Part shown: positions 53,931 to 59,025 of the stretch, one piece after another
How the letters are laid out: every line of letters begins with the position of its first letter
Numbering within the stretch: position 1 is the first letter of the stretch
Assembly: GCA_964446685.1 (NCBI GenBank)
Contig: CAYUPO010000002.1
Coordinates: forward strand, 3,606-62,630
Reading direction: 5' to 3'
Length of the DNA stretch: 59,025 bases
Source of the DNA: an uncultured Gammaproteobacteria bacterium
Lineage (GTDB): Bacteria; Patescibacteriota; Microgenomatia; Daviesbacterales; UBA10151
Position numbers and translations under genes: made by a program
The notes under the pieces: model-generated
The model's database searches: none
The model's input: only the letters and a program-made list of their open reading frames with translations
What the model was told of the DNA's origin: nothing

Positions 53931-55313
53931 CTATTTCTCTTCAGAATCGCTTTTGGCTTCAGCTTCTTTAGCATTTCTTTCTTCTTCTATTTTATCAAAT
54001 TCACTTTCTTCAGCCACTGCTACTTCTGGATCATTTTTAACAGTTGATTCAGAAACTCCGGTATCGGACTGTTCACCTGAAGCAAATAGATCACCTTCAC
54101 CTTTGTCAGTTGGTTCTTTTTCTGCTGCCATATCTTCTTCAGCATCATCAACTGCTGTAGCAGCTTCTTCAGGAGTTGGTTCTTCCTGAGTTGCGCCATC
54201 AATGCTTTCTTCTTTGGTTGCTTCATCAATTGCAGTTTCAACATTTTCTACAGCTTCAGCTGGAGTTTCACTTTTAACTGCTTCTGTTTCCTTTTCTTTT
54301 TCGGCTGCTGCATCAGCTGCAGCTTTGGCAAATGGATTTTCACTACCTTCTCCTGTTCCTTCAATATCGATTTTCCAGCCAGTTAATTTAGCTGCCAGTC
54401 TCACATTTTGTCCGCCTTTTCCAATTGCCAGAGACAACTGATTGTCAGAAACTTTTACCTTAGCAGTTTTTTCAGCTTCATTTAAGATCACTGTGACATC
54501 TTTCGCCGGAGACAAAGCTGAGGCGATAAATCTTTCAGGATCAGATGAATGAGAGATAATATCGATTTTTTCCTCACCCAATTCATTAATAACAGCCTGG
54601 ACTCTAACACCTTTTTGTCCGACCAGAGAACCAACCGGGTCAACCCCGTCCTGAGTTGAAACAACTGCTACTTTGCATCTGCCCCCTGCTTCGCGAGCAA
54701 TTTCTTTGATTTCAACTGCACCAGACTGAATTTCCGGCACTTCCAAAGCAAAAAGACCTTTAACTAAAGCTGCATCTGAGCGGGAAACAACTACTTCCGG
54801 ACCACGGCCAGTTTCACGGATCTCTTTGATCAAAAACTTCATTCGCTGATTTTGACCGTAGTATTCATCTCTGACCTGTTCGGATGGAGGTAAAATACCT
54901 TCAGCCCGACCTAAATCAACAAAATAAGTGTTTCCTTCCTGTCTCTGAACATTTCCGGAGATAACAGTCCCTACTTTTGCTTCGTATTCTTCAACAATTG
55001 CCCCTTTTTCAGCTTCATGCAGTTTTTGGGTAATCACCTGTTTAGCGGTTTGTGCAGCAATTCGGGCAAATCCTGGAGGGGTGATATTGTCTTCACCACG
55101 GAAAATGGAGATCTCTCCGCTTGCACCGTCTAGTTTGACTTCTAATTCTTCAAAATCATCAGGAATAGGTTCGTTTCGGAAAGATAGGTCTTTTCTGTAA
55201 GCAGCCAAAGCCGCCTGCTTTATCGCATCAATGATAATAGCCGGCTCAACTCCCTTTTCGGAAGCGATCTGATTGATAGCTGCTGCAAATTCTGTTCGTG
55301 CTTGTGTTGCCAT
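53931..55313 (-). CDS. nusA: Transcription factor NusA with acidic tail
   Basis: RIAAQTAKQV, AREAGGRCKVAV, GQKGVRV, AIGKGGQNVRLAAKLTGWKID. Confidence 0.97.
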   Translation of the reverse strand: MATQARTEFAAAINQIASEKGVEPAIIIDAIKQAALAAYRKDLSFRNEPIPDDFEELEVKLDGASGEISIFRGEDNITPPGFARIAAQTAKQVITQKLHEAEKGAIVEEYEAKVGTVISGNVQRQEGNTYFVDLGRAEGILPPSEQVRDEYYGQNQRMKFLIKEIRETGRGPEVVVSRSDAALVKGLFALEVPEIQSGAVEIKEIAREAGGRCKVAVVSTQDGVDPVGSLVGQKGVRVQAVINELGEEKIDIISHSSDPERFIASALSPAKDVTVILNEAEKTAKVKVSDNQLSLAIGKGGQNVRLAAKLTGWKIDIEGTGEGSENPFAKAAADAAAEKEKETEAVKSETPAEAVENVETAIDEATKEESIDGATQEEPTPEEAATAVDDAEEDMAAEKEPTDKGEGDLFASGEQSDTGVSESTVKNDPEVAVAEESEFDKIEEERNAKEAEAKSDSEEK

Positions 55314-55326
55314 AGTTAGTTAATTT

Positions 55327-55391
55327 GTTAATTAGTGAATCGGTTAATCAGAAATAATCTAATTAACTAGTCATCTGGTTTACTAATTAAC
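55327..55391. repeat. AT-rich palindromic element (GTTAATTAG family, second copy)
   Basis: GTTAATTAG/CTAATTAAC; TCTGGTTTACTAATTA shared with 29643-29658. Confidence 0.65.
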
Positions 55392-55409
55392 TTGCTTTAT
55401 CCTCTCATT

Positions 55410-55437
55410 AAAAAAAGAGGCGGACCGCAGGTCCACC
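55410..55437 (-). terminator. Leader terminator/attenuator upstream of nusA
   Basis: GGTGGACC-TGC-GGTCCGCC then TCTTTTTT, between promoter and ATG. Confidence 0.7.
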
Positions 55438-55465
55438 CATCCTCTAAGAGAATTAAGTTAAAGTT

Positions 55466-55494
55466 ATTCTATTCCTTTAGCCTCATAAAGTCAA
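55466..55494 (-). promoter_or_regulatory. nusA promoter
   Basis: TTGACT-17 nt-TAGAAT on minus strand. Confidence 0.7.
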
Positions 55495-55504
55495 GTTGTC
55501 AGGA

Positions 55505-56419
55505 TCAAAACCAACCTTTTTTCTTATTTCCTTTAGCAGATTTTAAGGCAGCCAGCTCTTCATAAAGCCTTTTCTCTTCTCCACTAACAGTTGAAGGTAT
55601 TTCCAATCTGACTCTCACATAATGATCACCAATTCCTCCTCTGGAGAGATTTGGGACACCTTTGCCTTTAATTCTGATCAATGATCCGGCCTGAGTACCT
55701 GAGGGAACTTTAATTGATACTTTTCCTTGAACAGTATCTACTGAAATAGTATCCCCAAGTACAACCTGAGGAATACCCAGCGTTGCCTCGGTAAATATAT
55801 CAGCTCCTTCGCGGATAAATTTTGTACTTCTTGAAACCCGGAAAATAAAATCATTATCACCAAACCGCATCCTTGTGCCATCATCCACACCTGCCGGAAT
55901 CTTGATTTTTAGTCTTTTACGCTCAACTTTACCTTCCCTGGTCCGATTTTCAATCTCAATCTCTTTTTCAGCCCCTTTTATAGCCTCATCAAATGAAATA
56001 CTCAATTGATAGGTTGGTCTTCTTTGGCCACCAAATCCTCCTCCAGCCATACCAAAAATCTGGTTAAACAGATCAAATGGATCAGAAAAATCTACATTTG
56101 GGTTGCCTCCATTTTGTGACCATTCATATTGAAAACCACCTTGTCCAAACGGATTAAACCCTTCTCCAAAAGGATTACCGCCACCGCCAGGCCCTTGGGA
56201 CGCAGCATGGCCAAATTGGTCATAACCTTGTTTCTTTTGGGGATCTGACAGCACTTGGTAAGCCTCAGAGATCTCCTTAAACCGAACATCCGCACCAGGA
56301 GATTTATCAACATCCGGATGATGCTGACGAGCCAGTTTACGGTACGCAGACTTAATCTCCGCTTCAGAAGCACCTTTTTTTAAACCCAATATTTCATAAT
56401 AATCTCTTTTAGCAGCCAT
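55505..56419 (-). CDS. dnaJ: DnaJ class B co-chaperone (no zinc finger)
   Basis: RDYYEILG, HPD, G/F-rich linker, KIPAGVDDG; no CxxCxGxG. Confidence 0.92.
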   Translation of the reverse strand: MAAKRDYYEILGLKKGASEAEIKSAYRKLARQHHPDVDKSPGADVRFKEISEAYQVLSDPQKKQGYDQFGHAASQGPGGGGNPFGEGFNPFGQGGFQYEWSQNGGNPNVDFSDPFDLFNQIFGMAGGGFGGQRRPTYQLSISFDEAIKGAEKEIEIENRTREGKVERKRLKIKIPAGVDDGTRMRFGDNDFIFRVSRSTKFIREGADIFTEATLGIPQVVLGDTISVDTVQGKVSIKVPSGTQAGSLIRIKGKGVPNLSRGGIGDHYVRVRLEIPSTVSGEEKRLYEELAALKSAKGNKKKGWF

Positions 56420-56438
56420 AAATTTATTTTGTGTTTAC

Positions 56439-56498
56439 AGATTCCCCTTTTCAGGGGAATGACGTTTGAGGCCGTCATTCCTGCGAAAGCAGGAATCT
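56439..56498. repeat. Two subfamily-B REP arms 3' of the GIY-YIG gene
   Basis: AGATTCCCCTTTTCAGGGGAATGACG and CGTCATTCCTGCGAAAGCAGGAATCT. Confidence 0.88.
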
Positions 56499-56517
56499 GC
56501 TGTCTTGAGACGAGTCT

Positions 56518-56802
56518 CTATAGTATACCTGCATATAAATCCTCCCAGTCTTTGTTATTCTTCTCTATTAACGCTACTTTCCAATCTCTTTTCCACTTCT
56601 TAATCTGTTTTTCTCTTAATATTGCTCCTTCAATCAAATCGTGTGTTTCAAAGTAAACTAATTTATGCACCCTATATTTACTTGAAAATCCAACCAATTG
56701 ATCATTTTTGTGCTCAAAAACCCTCTTTACTAAATCAGATGTTACTCCAATATATAAAACTCCATTTTTTTTACTAGCCAATATATAAGTATATCCGCCC
56801 AT
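56518..56802 (-). CDS. Stand-alone GIY-YIG nuclease (YhbQ/UPF0213-like)
   Basis: YTYIL, LYIGVT, KRVFEH, REKQIKKWKRDWK. Confidence 0.92.
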   Translation of the reverse strand: MGGYTYILASKKNGVLYIGVTSDLVKRVFEHKNDQLVGFSSKYRVHKLVYFETHDLIEGAILREKQIKKWKRDWKVALIEKNNKDWEDLYAGIL

Positions 56803-56817
56803 GACTATGTTATTTAC

Positions 56818-56843
56818 AGATTCCCACTTTCGTGGGAATGACG
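56818..56843. repeat. Subfamily-B REP arm 5' of the GIY-YIG gene
   Basis: AGATTCCCACTTTCGTGGGAATGACG, identical to 53810-53835. Confidence 0.88.
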
Positions 56844-56881
56844 GACAGAACAAACTCAATTGCTAAAACTTCTTAAATTTT

Positions 56882-56903
56882 AAAAAACCCCGGTCCCCCG
56901 AGG
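56882..56903 (-). terminator. Intrinsic terminator downstream of dnaK
   Basis: CCTCGG-GGGA-CCGGGG followed by T6 on minus strand. Confidence 0.65.
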
Positions 56904-57108
56904 CTAATTCGCTTTCAGTTATTATCTTCCAGCATTCAATTATTTTATCTAACAGCACCAATTCCAATAATTTTTTTACAGTTTGGACAAAAATAAACGG
57001 TATGTTGCTCTCCAATTCCGTGAGTTTTTCTTAAAAGTTCTGTTATTTCTTCTCCACAATAAGGACAAAGCGGCATCTGATCAGAGTCAGTTATTCGAAA
57101 TCCATCCA

Positions 57109-59025
57109 TTATTGTTTCTTCTCTTCTTCGACTACTTCACCTTCAACAGCTTCATCTTTAGCATCAGCTCCTTCAGCTGCAGCTTCTTCTGTTTTTGCAT
57201 CTTCCGGGTTGCTTGTCTCGTTTTGCGTGTTACCTGCAGCATTGGCATCTGCAGCCTGCTGTTTGTACATTTCAGCACCAATTTTCTGCATACTTTCACC
57301 TAGTGCATCTGCTTTTGTTTTTAGTTCATCAACTGGGCCTTCTTTGGCATCTTTTACTGCCTGGATTTTTTCTTCAACTTCTTTTTTCAGATCATCTCCA
57401 ATCTTACCTTCTGCATCTTTTAAGCTCTTTTCAGCTGTATAAACAATCTGATCGGCTGTATTTCTGGTTTCGATCTCTTCTTTTTTCTTTTTATCTTCTT
57501 CAGCATGTGCTTCTGCTTCTTTAGTCATTCGTTCAACTTCATCTTTATCAAGACCTGTTGAACCGGTAATAGTGATCTTTTGCTCTTTGCCGGTAGTTTT
57601 TTCTTTGGCTGACACATGCAAAATACCTGATGCATCAATATCAAAAGTTACTTCAACCTGAGGCACACCTCTAGGAGCTGGTGGAATTCCATCCAGAATA
57701 AACCGGCCCAATGATTTATTATCAGCCGCCATCCCTCTTTCACCCTGCAGCACATTAATCTCTACAGAAGTCTGATTATCTGAAGCTGTGGAAAAAGTTT
57801 CTGATTTAGAAGTTGGAATAGTACTGTTTCGGTTGATCAAAGGAGTACTGACAGCTCCCATCGTCTCAATACCCAGTGTTAATGGTGTCACATCCAGCAA
57901 CAATACATCTTTGACTTCTCCGCCCAGCACACCACCCTGAATTGCAGCGCCTATTGCTACCACTTCGTCAGGATTAATTCCTTTGTGTGGCTCTTTGCCA
58001 AAGAATTTTTCAACCGCAGTTTGTACGGCTGGCATTCTGGTCATACCACCGACCAATACCACTTCATCTACTTTGGAAGCCTCAATTTTAGCGTCTTTTA
58101 AAGCGGCTTTTACTGCATCAAATGTTTTATCAATCAGTCCCTGAACCAATCCTTCCATCTTTGAACGGGAGAGTTTCATCTCAATATGTTTTGGACCACC
58201 TGCATCAGCTGTTATAAATGGAATAGAGATATCAGTTTCCTGAGAAGAAGAAAGCTCAATCTTTGCTTTTTCAGCTACGTCTTTTAGCCTTTGGAGTGCT
58301 TGTTTATCATTTTTAAGATCAATTCCATTTTCCTTTTTAAATTCTTCAGCAATATAGTCAATCAGAACCTGATCAAAATCATCTCCACCCAAATGAGTGT
58401 CACCATTAGTTGATTTAACCTCAAATACCCCTTCACCAAGTTCCAGGATAGAAACATCAAAGGTTCCCCCACCCAGATCATAAACCGCGATAGTATGCGC
58501 ATTTTGCTTGTCCAGACCATAAGCCAAAGCCGCAGCTGTTGGTTCATTGATAATTCTTTGAACATTCAGTCCAGCTATTTCTCCGGCCTGCTTAGTGGCC
58601 TGTCTCTGAGAATCATCAAAATACGCCGGAACGGTGATAACCGCTTCTGTGACTTTATCTCCCAGATAAGCTTCAGCATCAGCTTTAATCTTGCCCAAAA
58701 CCATCGCTGAAATTTCCTGAGGAGTATATTCTTTACCGTTAACTACCACCACAGCCATACCGTTTTTACCAGCTTTTACTTCATATGGCAGCCATTTCAG
58801 GTCTCTTTGCACTTCAGGGTCATCAAATTTACGCCCCATCAGTCTTTTAGCCGAAAAAATAGTTTCTTTTGGGTTAACAATCGCCTGTCTTTTAGCCGGA
58901 GTTCCAACCACATTTTTAACAGGATTAACTACAGAAGGGATTGTATTTGCGCCTTCTGCACTATGAATAACTTTAGGCTGACCGCCCTCCATTACGGCGA
59001 CCGCACTATTTGTTGTTCCTAAATC
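57109..59025 (-). CDS. dnaK: Chaperone DnaK, 5'-truncated by window edge
   Basis: DLGTTNS at window edge, [39 protein letters not shown]. Confidence 0.98.
   Translation of the reverse strand, partial: DLGTTNSAVAVMEGGQPKVIHSAEGANTIPSVVNPVKNVVGTPAKRQAIVNPKETIFSAKRLMGRKFDDPEVQRDLKWLPYEVKAGKNGMAVVVVNGKEYTPQEISAMVLGKIKADAEAYLGDKVTEAVITVPAYFDDSQRQATKQAGEIAGLNVQRIINEPTAAALAYGLDKQNAHTIAVYDLGGGTFDVSILELGEGVFEVKSTNGDTHLGGDDFDQVLIDYIAEEFKKENGIDLKNDKQALQRLKDVAEKAKIELSSSQETDISIPFITADAGGPKHIEMKLSRSKMEGLVQGLIDKTFDAVKAALKDAKIEASKVDEVVLVGGMTRMPAVQTAVEKFFGKEPHKGINPDEVVAIGAAIQGGVLGGEVKDVLLLDVTPLTLGIETMGAVSTPLINRNSTIPTSKSETFSTASDNQTSVEINVLQGERGMAADNKSLGRFILDGIPPAPRGVPQVEVTFDIDASGILHVSAKEKTTGKEQKITITGSTGLDKDEVERMTKEAEAHAEEDKKKKEEIETRNTADQIVYTAEKSLKDAEGKIGDDLKKEVEEKIQAVKDAKEGPVDELKTKADALGESMQKIGAEMYKQQAADANAAGNTQNETSNPEDAKTEEAAAEGADAKDEAVEGEVVEEEKKQ

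Noticed and set aside
56429-56656. Plus-strand 75-aa ORF (FRGMT...VIPAKAGI)
   Set aside because: Translation of REP arms plus the antisense of the GIY-YIG gene
16512-56859. ORF-track upstream starts at 16512, 19317, 26554, 28771, 35645, 36928, 37420, 51273, 56859
   Set aside because: They fall in promoter boxes or REP elements; downstream ATGs fit homology and -10/SD spacing better
3769-58710. Numerous short ORF-track calls nested in or antisense to long genes (e.g. 3769-4047, 11866-12192, 30249-30524, 44873-45232, 52688-53038, 56983-57303, 57195-57524)
   Set aside because: They overlap well-supported genes, lack motifs and start signals, and are expected shadow ORFs
1-59025. tRNA/rRNA genes, reverse transcriptase/DGR, RAYT or IS transposase, TGA recoding
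   Set aside because: No cloverleaf or rRNA signatures, RT or HUH/DDE motifs seen by eye; several genes end in TGA. A tRNAscan/Infernal run would be needed to be certain

Overview
This looks like chromosomal DNA from a reduced-genome bacterium. Gene content suggests Patescibacteria/CPR, Microgenomates-like (inferred from short IF2 and AlaS, sortases and CPR-type hypotheticals; standard code 11, TGA used as stop). No rRNA, tRNA, CRISPR array, reverse transcriptase or classical transposase was recognised. (1) 358-16283 is one minus-strand ~16-kb glycan operon. It is headed by a 1570-aa four-module fusion (polyprenol-P-sugar synthase-like GT2 / processive GT2 synthase / Wzx-like flippase / GT4). 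It continues with a GT4, a WecE-GT2 fusion, a GT2, a kinase-deacetylase fusion, a GrpB-type nucleotidyltransferase, two GT-C enzymes and a clan GH-A hydrolase. A divergent sortase plus substrate pair sits next to it. (2) 17.9-59 kb is mostly housekeeping (tgt, manB, cmk, nadK, mltG, ruvX, alaS, ftsK, rnj, pnp, rpsO, infB, nusA, dnaJ, dnaK). (3) Many CGTC/TGTC-tagged palindromic REP doublets are scattered through the window. Two small GIY-YIG nuclease genes each sit inside a cluster of their own REP subfamily, which suggests an autonomous/non-autonomous mobile system. REP and heptamer repeats have also entered coding sequences (tgt, a DHH-like gene). Other candidates are widespread leaderless transcription, an rpsO leader pseudoknot, a Janus/Ocnus (PHPT1)-like small protein, a protease-less Lon AAA+ module and a queuine-salvage-type TGT. 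All assignments come from motif reading by eye, not database searches.
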